DNA of 52,777 nucleotides from a virus (taxonomy: Duplodnaviria; Caudoviricetes). Positions 16,309 through 24,804 of the stretch are shown here, piece by piece. The position numbers and the translations under genes were made by a program. Under the pieces are notes generated by a model. The model was not told the origin of the DNA. It worked only from the letters and a program-made list of their open reading frames with translations, and did not search any database. The stretch is taken from positions 1 to 52,777 of the IMG/VR virus record IMGVR_UViG_3300021960_000095; one strand, 5' to 3'. Within the stretch, counting starts at the first letter, position 1; the number at the start of each line of letters is the position of its first letter.

Positions 16309-16650
16309 GTGCCAAAGATATCAACATCATTATTAAACGAAAGCGTCACTATCCAGCGATTGACTGGTTCATCTGTTGACGACCGAGGACTTAGCACAGC
16401 TACATTTGCTGATACATCAACAGTACAAGCAAGAATAATTAGAAACAACTCCGTATCAGAAACTAGAACTGGTTTTGCTATATCAAGCAATACAGAATTC
16501 GCAGTAATTGTACAAGGAGATGTGGATGTTACTGTAAAAGACAGAATCAAAATAGGAAGTGATTACTACGAGATTGAATCTGTTAATGATACAAAAGATA
16601 GATTTGGAAATACTTTTTACACAGAAATAAGAATAAGTAGCGGGTTCTAA
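16309..16650 (+). CDS. head-closure/stopper protein (SPP1 gp16-like)
   Basis: VTIQR...DDRG, DVTVKDRIKI..YYEIESV; TGC-TAGAAT 6 nt before GTG (leaderless). Confidence 0.8.
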   Translation: MPKISTSLLNESVTIQRLTGSSVDDRGLSTATFADTSTVQARIIRNNSVSETRTGFAISSNTEFAVIVQGDVDVTVKDRIKIGSDYYEIESVNDTKDRFGNTFYTEIRISSGF

Positions 16651-17612
16651 TGGCAGTAGATAAATTATTTGGCGTAGTTATAAAAGCAATAGGTGAAAGA
16701 AGATTACCTATGCGTAGATTTACTGGTGGTGATGGAAATATTCCTCGTTATACAAATGTACCTAGGAATGTAAATGAGATGTCAAAACTAAGAAGTTCTC
16801 TTTATACTTTCTCTGTTGCTGCTGGTGACATTCAATCTATGGTGCCAGGCAAGTTTTTGCCTAATCTTCGTAATAACTCTCTTACACTAGCAAGAGGTCT
16901 TGGTGATATAAATGCTATAAACAAAACTGTTCAAAAGCTAGCTGGGAATGGTGCTGGTGGAGGAGCTGTAGGAGAAAGGTTCTTTAGACGTATGACTGGT
17001 AGAGCAGCAGGTTCTGTTGTTAGAAAAATACCAGGCGATAACCCAGCTTCACGTTTACTCCGTTCAAGAATGGGTGCTGAATTCCAAAGACAACAAAACA
17101 AATTATTTAAACAAGGTTCTAAAGCTGTACAAGTTACAGGTAAAGGAAGAATAAATGCAGGAGTAGGAAATAAATACTTATCAGATAGATATGAAGCTTT
17201 CTTATTCAAGTTCGCTCAAGACTTTGTTACCTCTGTACAGAAATATGTACCAATCGATACTGGTGCATTAATTAAATCTGTTCAAGTAAGCAATAGAAGC
17301 GTTGGTAATAACGAAAACGAAGTTGCAGTAACAATGGGTGACAATAGTAATGTTTACTATGCCCCAGCTGTTGAGTTCGGTCGTGGTGCTGGACTAGCTG
17401 GAAGACAGCCTACTGGAATCAAAAACACTTCTGCTCCTCCATCAAGATTTGAAAACTACAAAGGTTATCAGCCTACAAGAGCTCCTTTGCGTAAAGGTGC
17501 TATCGCTGTAACAAACAAATACAAAGGACTTCTTAAAGAGTCAAGTGGAAGTATTACAACAGATAAAATACCAGCATTTATGAGAAAGAGTATAAAAGGA
17601 ATATTTGGATAA
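16650..17612 (+). CDS. HK97 gp10-like neck protein with basic N-terminal extension
   Basis: VPIDTGALIKS and YYAPAVEFG in the C-terminal part. Confidence 0.75.
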   Translation: MAVDKLFGVVIKAIGERRLPMRRFTGGDGNIPRYTNVPRNVNEMSKLRSSLYTFSVAAGDIQSMVPGKFLPNLRNNSLTLARGLGDINAINKTVQKLAGNGAGGGAVGERFFRRMTGRAAGSVVRKIPGDNPASRLLRSRMGAEFQRQQNKLFKQGSKAVQVTGKGRINAGVGNKYLSDRYEAFLFKFAQDFVTSVQKYVPIDTGALIKSVQVSNRSVGNNENEVAVTMGDNSNVYYAPAVEFGRGAGLAGRQPTGIKNTSAPPSRFENYKGYQPTRAPLRKGAIAVTNKYKGLLKESSGSITTDKIPAFMRKSIKGIFG

Positions 17613-18061
17613 TGGCACAACTATTACCAGACGCAGAAATATTAGCTAGGACTTGGGCCTTAAGTAAAACATCAATTACTGATATTGTTGACCAAAAAGT
17701 AGCTACAAGATTACCTCAAGATGCAGAAATGCCTTTCTTAGTTATAACAAGAATAGGTGGAACTCCTCTTACAGGAGAAGCATTAATTGACGAAGCTGTA
17801 TTGCAATTAGATTGTTATGCAGGTAAATACGCTACAAATGACACAAAAGGTCAACCCGATTATGCAACAGCGTATAATTTAGCATCAGCTTGTTACACAG
17901 AGGCTTTTGACCAATCCCCAGAAATACTAACTTCTTCTGGTGGTGTGAGTGGTAAGTTAGCAGGATTTACTATTCAAAATGGTCCACAGAGGATTGACGA
18001 GCCAACGCTCGGATTAGCACGCTATACTATAGATATAGTAATGATTTACGGAGCTAAATAA
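17612..18061 (+). CDS. tail terminator/completion protein
   Basis: LPDAE, PFLVITRIGG, LQLDCYA, ARY; position before the tail tube gene. Confidence 0.8.
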   Translation: MAQLLPDAEILARTWALSKTSITDIVDQKVATRLPQDAEMPFLVITRIGGTPLTGEALIDEAVLQLDCYAGKYATNDTKGQPDYATAYNLASACYTEAFDQSPEILTSSGGVSGKLAGFTIQNGPQRIDEPTLGLARYTIDIVMIYGAK

Positions 18062-18351
18062 TGAAGAAAGTTAAAGTAAATCCAATACTTAAAAGAAGTG
18101 TTGGGCAAGTCCGAGACGAGAAACTTAACTGTTATTTCAGTCACGATGAGTGGTGTGATGTTACAGAAGAGGATTGGAAACGTCTTAAAGAGGCTACGTT
18201 CAAACACGGAGACCTACGGGTTTCATTGTATGTAGCCGATGGTGAGGCAGCCTTTGGAAATGTTGATATGCTTGAAAAAGCTAAAACAGCAGAGCCAGTT
18301 ATCGAGGAAGAACCTTTTTGGGAAGAGGACGAAGTACAAGAAGAAGAGTGA
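18061..18351 (+). CDS. hypothetical protein
   Basis: 96-aa ORF coupled to neighbours. Confidence 0.65.
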   Translation: MKKVKVNPILKRSVGQVRDEKLNCYFSHDEWCDVTEEDWKRLKEATFKHGDLRVSLYVADGEAAFGNVDMLEKAKTAEPVIEEEPFWEEDEVQEEE

Positions 18352-18384
18352 CAAACTCTTCCAATTTAAAGTAGGAGATTAGTA

Positions 18385-18972
18385 ATGGCTAAAAGTATTA
18401 GTGAGGTAATGCTCGGAACTGGTGTTTTGTACGTAGGTGCAGAAGCAGTATCATTCCCAGCAGACCCAACAGCTACACCTAGCGGTTCTGACTGGGACGA
18501 CATTGGTTACTCTGAAAATGGTTGGACTCTTGACTATGACAAAACTTTCGAAGATGTTATGGTTGCAGAGGAAATTGACCCAATTTTCACAATCAAGACT
18601 GCTCAAGAAGTAAGAATCAGCGGTGAGCTTGCTCAAGTTTCATTAGCAAACTTGAACGAAGCAATGGGCGGTGCGTCTGGAAACATAACAACTTCAGACC
18701 CAGGTGCTGGATTCAGTACCTTGACACCCCCAAGCACAGACTCTTTCGTAGAAAAGTCTTTGCTATTGAGAGTTGATGCACCAGATTCAACTCTTGGTGG
18801 AACACTTAAAAAGAGAGATATCCAAGTTCCTCGTGCAGTGAACGTTGGAGCTTTCTCAATGACACACGCAAAAGCACCTCAAAAAGTGCTCGTTGCTGTT
18901 GAATATAAGTTGTTGAAACCAGGTTCTGGAGCTCAATTCACAGAGTTATTTAAGATAATCGACGAAGTTTAG
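18385..18972 (+). CDS. major tail (tube) protein
   Basis: GTGVLYVG, WDDIGYSENG; AGGAG SD; synteny. Confidence 0.85.
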   Translation: MAKSISEVMLGTGVLYVGAEAVSFPADPTATPSGSDWDDIGYSENGWTLDYDKTFEDVMVAEEIDPIFTIKTAQEVRISGELAQVSLANLNEAMGGASGNITTSDPGAGFSTLTPPSTDSFVEKSLLLRVDAPDSTLGGTLKKRDIQVPRAVNVGAFSMTHAKAPQKVLVAVEYKLLKPGSGAQFTELFKIIDEV

Positions 18973-18993
18973 TCGATAGATTAGGAGGGCGTA

Positions 18994-19329
18994 ATGCCAA
19001 CGATTGATTTTGACGAAGCAATCAAAGAGAATGAGAATGAGCCTTTGTTGATTAAATTGAATGAGAGAGAATATAAATTGTCTCCACAATTACCAGCAAA
19101 GGTGGTTCTCACACAAATCGCTCTAATGGACGAAAGCGGGAATCTCGGAAATAACGATATTCCAACTTGGTTAGGTGCATTAGTGGGCGAAGAGAACCTA
19201 GCACAAATGCTGGATGACGGAGCCACTTGGGAACAATTAGAAGAAGTTACAATGCAACTTCTTAAGTTTTATAAAATTATTCCCGAAGAACAAGAAATAG
19301 AGACGGGACAAGACGACGCCCCAAAATAA
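18994..19329 (+). CDS. tail assembly chaperone (G)
   Basis: Between tube and tape measure genes; ends on slippery C CCA AAA. Confidence 0.85.
   Translation: MPTIDFDEAIKENENEPLLIKLNEREYKLSPQLPAKVVLTQIALMDESGNLGNNDIPTWLGALVGEENLAQMLDDGATWEQLEEVTMQLLKFYKIIPEEQEIETGQDDAPK
19320..19326 (+). other. programmed -1 frameshift site CCCAAAA
   Basis: X XXY YYZ heptamer in frame immediately before TAA; the -1 frame is open to 19619. Confidence 0.85.
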
Positions 19330-19619
19330 GACTGTCTCTCAACGACTTAGTGGATAGTTGGGGGGCTATAGAATCTGACTTTCAAAGATTCTACAAAGTA
19401 GACAATCCACTCCAAATTTCTTGGCGAAGATTCAACATTCTGTTATTCAACCTTATCTCACAAGAGTCAGCTTTCTTTGCTCCTTTCATCAAAGAAGCAC
19501 AAGAAGAAGCTGAGCAACAAGCTGAATGGGAAAAGTATAAGCGTGGAGATAGAGCAAACATTCCAAGAGAAGCAGTACCTCTTGACCAAGCTTTAGGGGA
19601 AATAGGAATAGGAAAGTAA
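19326..19619 (+). CDS. tail assembly chaperone GT extension (-1 frame)
   Basis: IRLSLNDLVDSWGAIESDFQRFY...; resembles actinophage GT segments. Confidence 0.8.
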   Translation: MRLSLNDLVDSWGAIESDFQRFYKVDNPLQISWRRFNILLFNLISQESAFFAPFIKEAQEEAEQQAEWEKYKRGDRANIPREAVPLDQALGEIGIGK

Positions 19620-19620
19620 T

Positions 19621-22600
19621 TTGGAACAAGCAAATGTAATCGGTAGGTTAGCGTTCTTAGCTAACATCGTCGGAGATGGAGCTGTAAAAGGTATCCAACA
19701 AATGGCTAGAGGCACAGGTGCCGCTATGACCAAACTTGCTTCTGCAGTTCCAGCAGCAGCATTCGCAACATCAGCATCTGCATTAGCAGCTGTTGGTGCA
19801 GCTCTTGTTGGTGGTGTAAAAGCAGCAGCAGACTTTGAAGAATCATTCGCTTTAGTTAGAAAAGTTCTTGCTAGAGCTAGTGAACAAGAACTAGGCGATA
19901 TCCGACAAGCAATATTAGATTTATCAACAGAGATACCAGTTGCAGCTGGTCAATTGGCACAGTTAGGTTCTATAGCTGGTCAGTTAGGTGTTGAAGTACA
20001 AAACATTCCACAATTCATAGACACAGTAGCTAAATTAGGTGTCGCAACAAACATGACAGCTGAACAAGCTGCTTTCTCAGTTGCAAGGCTTGCAAACGTA
20101 ACAGGAATCGGAGCTGAGAACGCAGACCAACTAGCTAACGTATTAGTTAGATTAGGTAACAACACTGCGGCAACAGAATCAGAAATTACATTATTAGCAA
20201 CACGTTTTGGTGCTGTTGGTAAGATTGCTGGTTTAACTGCAGACCAAACATTAGCTTTCTCTGCATCTGTTAGAGCAACAGGTACAGAGGCCCAAGCTGG
20301 TGCTACCGCATTACAGAAGTTTTTCTTGTCTCTACAACAAGCAGCAGCACAAGGTGGTAATAGATTAAAAGCTTTTTCTGATGTAGTAGGAATGAGTTCA
20401 GACGAATTCAGAAAATTAGCTAGAGAAGATATTGCTGAAGCTGCAGCACAATTCGTTGAGGGATTAGATAGTATTGGTAATTCGGGAGGAAACGTACAAA
20501 AAGTTCTTAACGATGTAGGTTTAGGTTCCGTTCGTGTATCTAAAGTTATGCTTTCTTTGTCAGCTGATACGGAAGAATTAAGAAGTAACTTATTTTTAGC
20601 AAATGACGAAATGGAAAGACAGTCTGCTTTAAACAATGAGGCAGAAAAACGATTCGGTACATTGATACAGCAGATTGCAAGATTTAGAAATGTAATTAAA
20701 AAGGTTCTTATAGACATAGGTGAGGGATTAGTTCCAGTATTAGCTGAATTTGTAGGTAACTTAGCTGACGCTATATCGGGTGCTAAAGAATTTCAAGAAG
20801 CTTTAAGTACAGAAAAAGTTTTAAATTTAGCTAAAGCTCTTGGTGTACTAACTGCAGCTTTAGGTCTTTCTAGACTACAATCTGCAGTAATTCTTTTTAA
20901 CACTATATCAGCAGCTTTAACAACTATGACTAGTGCATCTTTCATTGCAGCAAATGCTTTCAAGATGTTGTTTATAGCTTTTAAACCTTTCTTGATTGCT
21001 GGAGCTATTATCGGTGGTATCACAGCAATAACAAAAGTATTCAGTAACTTTATTGAAAAAACTGCTATCGCTAAAAGAAATCTTGATGATTTCAAAGAAG
21101 CAATGGATAGCATAAAACTTTCTAATGAAGACATAGATATATCTGATGCAATGGCCGAGGGTTTATTTGACAATCTAGAAGAAGAAACACAACAAGCACT
21201 CAAAGATGCTTTTGGAAGTAATACTCAAAATGTTTTAAAAGACATACTTGGTAATACTTCTAGAAATATCTCAGATGTTATATCTGAAACCTTTGCATTG
21301 ATGCAAAAAAATACATTGATATTAACAAGTGCAGGTACAGGTAGCGACGAGGCTAAACAAGCTTTAAGAGAAAGAATATCTTTGATGGAAGAAAATCTTA
21401 AAGTTGTTGAAGAAACATTTGGAACTGAATCTGAAATAGCTTTGGCTATATCAAGAACAATTAGGCTTAGTAAGGTAAGACTAGAAGAGGGTAGGCTTTT
21501 AAATGAATCAGAAGAAAACCTTTTAAACAATGCACTAGAACAAGTTGATGTATTTAAAGTACTCGCAGATTTACAAAATGTAATTCTTGACCAAAGAATG
21601 GAAGAATTAAAAATTGCTGTTCGAAACAAATTACTGGAACAAGATAGCAGAGTTAGAGTTGCAAGCATACTTAAAGATGATGAATCAATACTTGCTGTAG
21701 CAAAAGAATTAGCTAAAGAAGATGCAACAATCGCTAAGTTGATTGGTTATGTTGCAGAAGACACAGAAGAGATAGCTGAAAACTTTAATGTGTTTGCGGG
21801 TGTTTTAGAAAAAGCAAATGACTTTGCTACTGAATTAAATGCTCAATTAAAACCTTTAGAAGCATTAGAAGATTTAGAAGATGCTCAAAAATCTCTTAGA
21901 GAGGCTAAAAAAGATATTGTCGAATTAGGTAAAGAAGAAGTCGAAGTTCAAGAAGAGCTAGCTTCAATAGAAAGAGAACTTAATGATTTATTACAAGATG
22001 GAAAGTTTCTATCAGACGATATCTTAGCTATTAAAGAAGAAGAACTAGAACTTGCTGAAATGATTAAAGCAGTCAACGAGGGTGTTGAGCTTTCATATCA
22101 AGAACAGCTAAAACTTCTTAAACTGGAAAGAGAACAAAGAATACTCCAACGTGCTGCTGAACAGGGAACTTTAAGTGATGCAGATGTACAACTAGGTGCT
22201 ATCCAAGAAAGAATAGACCTACTAAAAAGCGGTGGTGTAACAGAAGAGAATATTATAGAAAAAACAGCTAAAGTTCAAGATACTAAAAACCAAGCTCAAA
22301 TAAATGCAAATGAAAGAATTACTGAACTTTTAGACCAACAACAAGATGCAAATGAACGTTTACTTGAGATTGATGATGAATTAGTTGAAGCATTAGATTC
22401 AGTCAAAGATGCTAATTTAGAAATTTTGCAAGCCAGTAATAAAGTAACTATTGCTTTTGCTGAATTAGAAGATAAAGGTACAGGAAACATACGAAGACTT
22501 GGAGAAGCTCTTGGATATCCTAAATCTCAACTAGATGGAATAATTTCAAGAATCCAAGTAGCTCAAAAACAAATAGGATTACTACCAGCATTTAACACAG

Positions 22601-22920
22601 CGGCATCCGTTGGTGTAGACCCAGCAACACTTCAAAGTGGCAATAATTTATTTGAAGTTCCAAGAGCTATGGGTGGAATGGTAAGAATGGGACAAAGAGC
22701 TCTTGTTGGAGAAAGAGGGGCAGAAATTATTAAACCAATGCCTCACGGAGTTATGGTTACACCAATGCAAGGTGGCGGTAGTCAACCAATAAATCAATAT
22801 GTTAACCTAAACATTACAGGACTTCCAACTGACCCAATGGCAGCAAGAAAGATTGCACAAAATATTCAGAGAGAATTAAATAAATTGAAATCAGACGGTA
22901 GGAGTGGAATTGTTAGATAA
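19621..22920 (+). CDS. tape measure protein (TP901-like core)
   Basis: 1099 aa helical Ala-rich; AADFEES, LVRLGNNTAATESEI; C-terminal RAMGG..LVGERGAE. Confidence 0.93.
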   Translation: MEQANVIGRLAFLANIVGDGAVKGIQQMARGTGAAMTKLASAVPAAAFATSASALAAVGAALVGGVKAAADFEESFALVRKVLARASEQELGDIRQAILDLSTEIPVAAGQLAQLGSIAGQLGVEVQNIPQFIDTVAKLGVATNMTAEQAAFSVARLANVTGIGAENADQLANVLVRLGNNTAATESEITLLATRFGAVGKIAGLTADQTLAFSASVRATGTEAQAGATALQKFFLSLQQAAAQGGNRLKAFSDVVGMSSDEFRKLAREDIAEAAAQFVEGLDSIGNSGGNVQKVLNDVGLGSVRVSKVMLSLSADTEELRSNLFLANDEMERQSALNNEAEKRFGTLIQQIARFRNVIKKVLIDIGEGLVPVLAEFVGNLADAISGAKEFQEALSTEKVLNLAKALGVLTAALGLSRLQSAVILFNTISAALTTMTSASFIAANAFKMLFIAFKPFLIAGAIIGGITAITKVFSNFIEKTAIAKRNLDDFKEAMDSIKLSNEDIDISDAMAEGLFDNLEEETQQALKDAFGSNTQNVLKDILGNTSRNISDVISETFALMQKNTLILTSAGTGSDEAKQALRERISLMEENLKVVEETFGTESEIALAISRTIRLSKVRLEEGRLLNESEENLLNNALEQVDVFKVLADLQNVILDQRMEELKIAVRNKLLEQDSRVRVASILKDDESILAVAKELAKEDATIAKLIGYVAEDTEEIAENFNVFAGVLEKANDFATELNAQLKPLEALEDLEDAQKSLREAKKDIVELGKEEVEVQEELASIERELNDLLQDGKFLSDDILAIKEEELELAEMIKAVNEGVELSYQEQLKLLKLEREQRILQRAAEQGTLSDADVQLGAIQERIDLLKSGGVTEENIIEKTAKVQDTKNQAQINANERITELLDQQQDANERLLEIDDELVEALDSVKDANLEILQASNKVTIAFAELEDKGTGNIRRLGEALGYPKSQLDGIISRIQVAQKQIGLLPAFNTAASVGVDPATLQSGNNLFEVPRAMGGMVRMGQRALVGERGAEIIKPMPHGVMVTPMQGGGSQPINQYVNLNITGLPTDPMAARKIAQNIQRELNKLKSDGRSGIVR

Positions 22921-23302
22921 AATAAAAGATAATCTAGGTTTGATAGCTACAGCTATAGCTCTTATGGGTTCTATTGGTGCAGGTTTATCTACTGCTAGTG
23001 AACTTGTTGATAAGTTAACTAATATAGATGACCGAATGAATCAAATTCAAGTAGATTTTGATATGTTAAAAGATAGCACAATGGTACAAGGCGATATAGC
23101 TGTACTGTTTGAAAAAGTGCAGAAATTAGAAATAGCTAGTGATACTAACCAATATGTTCAAATTGAAAAATGGGAATGGGACGATATCAAACAACAAATT
23201 ATGCGTCTTGAAACACAGCTTATAGACCAAGAACAGGATTTGAATGTAGTTAGAGAAATACAAACTAGACTTGCGTGGATAGAAGCGAATTGTTGCAGAT
23301 GA
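22904..23302 (+). CDS. membrane-anchored coiled-coil protein
   Basis: N-terminal hydrophobic helix followed by heptads; ends CCR. Confidence 0.7.
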   Translation: MELLDKIKDNLGLIATAIALMGSIGAGLSTASELVDKLTNIDDRMNQIQVDFDMLKDSTMVQGDIAVLFEKVQKLEIASDTNQYVQIEKWEWDDIKQQIMRLETQLIDQEQDLNVVREIQTRLAWIEANCCR

Positions 23303-23439
23303 ACCAAAGAAAATTAAAGAGATATGTAGTTGCTATGATTAGAAGAGGAGCTAATTATCACGAAATAATTAAAGATTTACCAGCACCTCAAAAATTAGCT
23401 GTTATGCAATACGTGGAGAAGAAGTATGGAAATTTCTAA
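23299..23439 (+). CDS. small hypothetical protein (46 aa)
   Basis: MNQRKLKRYVVAMIRRG...; ATGA overlap. Confidence 0.5.
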   Translation: MNQRKLKRYVVAMIRRGANYHEIIKDLPAPQKLAVMQYVEKKYGNF

Positions 23440-23560
23440 CGAACAAGACCACAATACATTAAAACCTTGTAAGTCTGATAGTAAATGTGGTAACTGGTTT
23501 TATGATTATTTAGACAAGTGGGCATATTGTGAAACTTGTAGGAAAAAGGAGATGTGCTAA
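23426..23560 (+). CDS. small Cys-rich protein (44 aa)
   Basis: ...PCKSDSKCGNWFY...YCETCRKKEMC; GGAG SD; TAATG overlap. Confidence 0.5.
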   Translation: MEISNEQDHNTLKPCKSDSKCGNWFYDYLDKWAYCETCRKKEMC

Positions 23561-24804
23561 TGGCTAATACAATAACTATAGGAAGAATAAGTTTTACTTC
23601 TCCTCGTTCTTTAGCAGAAAGCGCTATGCCATCAGATGGTAAAAATTCATTAGAAAGAAATGTTGCTATAAACGGAATACTCCACGCAACAACAATAGCT
23701 GAAGCTAAATATTTAAGGGATGAACTTATGTCTTTAGCTAACGCAAACATAATTGTGCCGTTTACCTACGAGGGAGACTCGACTTTCAGCGGATACTGCC
23801 AAGTAGATGCGGCAGATATAAACACAGCTCAGTTGTTTGGTAAAGGTTTATTTAGATACAGTCTTAATTTGATAATTAAAGGTAGAACTGGAGAAGTAAA
23901 CTTTGAATCACAGATGACAGGTGGAAAACTTACTAATGCTCATTCTCACACTTCAACATATAACTATGGACCAGTACACGCTTTACCAGTACAAGCTTTT
24001 AATTACGCTCACTCAGAAACACCAACTGGAACATTAAGAAGTACAGACCAAGGTTCTGTGTATTTATTTCACGACCAAAACTTAAGAAGTTCTACTGCTA
24101 ACTGGATGGTAAATCCCGTAGATTATTACAAAGGTGCTGCAAAGATATCTGTAAATAGTCGTGTTAAAAATGGTTATCTTACTCAAAACAATCCAACACA
24201 AGTTGTTTTGGATAATGGAATTATTAAAGTTGAAGCAGGTTCTGTTGCTAGTGAATCAAGAATTAATCTTTCTTTTTACGATACTGGAGAGTTTGTCTCT
24301 ACAAGAGAAGTTGCTTTTTCAATGGGTAGTGGCTTTACAGAATGGAATGTTTGGCAATCAGTTCAGATATTAAGAAATGATGCAGAAGAAGCATCTGTAC
24401 GATTAGTTACTTATTCTGAAACTGCTGGTGATGGAAAACTTACTTTGGACCTATCTGTAAGAAGAGGAATGCATCACGTTGCTTTTGTAGCTACTCAAAG
24501 TGGTAGTGCTAGTAGAGCTGCTATATCAAGAATCAACGCAAAACTTATTGATGCAAATACAGTTACTACTACTTCTACTGGTTACTTTGAAGCTAGTGCT
24601 GATAGTGACGGACAGAAGTTTTTTGCTATGTCTCCACAAGGAGTAACAACATCTGTGAGTGATAGAAATATGCATATATCATCATCGCAGTTTAAAGGTC
24701 TTTTTGGATACGAAACTGGTAGTGATGCATATAACCAATCAGATGCAATTTTTGAACAATATTTGGAGTCAGTCTACGAACAAGTGCGCTTAGTGAGGAG
24801 CTAA
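23560..24804 (+). CDS. minor tail protein (distal tail-like)
   Basis: First large beta-rich gene after the tape measure; ATG 23560. Confidence 0.65.
   Translation: MANTITIGRISFTSPRSLAESAMPSDGKNSLERNVAINGILHATTIAEAKYLRDELMSLANANIIVPFTYEGDSTFSGYCQVDAADINTAQLFGKGLFRYSLNLIIKGRTGEVNFESQMTGGKLTNAHSHTSTYNYGPVHALPVQAFNYAHSETPTGTLRSTDQGSVYLFHDQNLRSSTANWMVNPVDYYKGAAKISVNSRVKNGYLTQNNPTQVVLDNGIIKVEAGSVASESRINLSFYDTGEFVSTREVAFSMGSGFTEWNVWQSVQILRNDAEEASVRLVTYSETAGDGKLTLDLSVRRGMHHVAFVATQSGSASRAAISRINAKLIDANTVTTTSTGYFEASADSDGQKFFAMSPQGVTTSVSDRNMHISSSQFKGLFGYETGSDAYNQSDAIFEQYLESVYEQVRLVRS

Noticed and set aside
18343-18361. Hairpin GAAGAGT-GACAA-ACTCTTC sharing TGACAAACTC with 15421
   Set aside because: No GTCA half-site or -10 at the right spacing; likely a simple stem before the tail tube gene.
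19980-21668. Long minus-strand ORFs in the tape measure and fibre genes
   Set aside because: Shadow frames of strongly coding plus-strand genes, with no motifs or SD.
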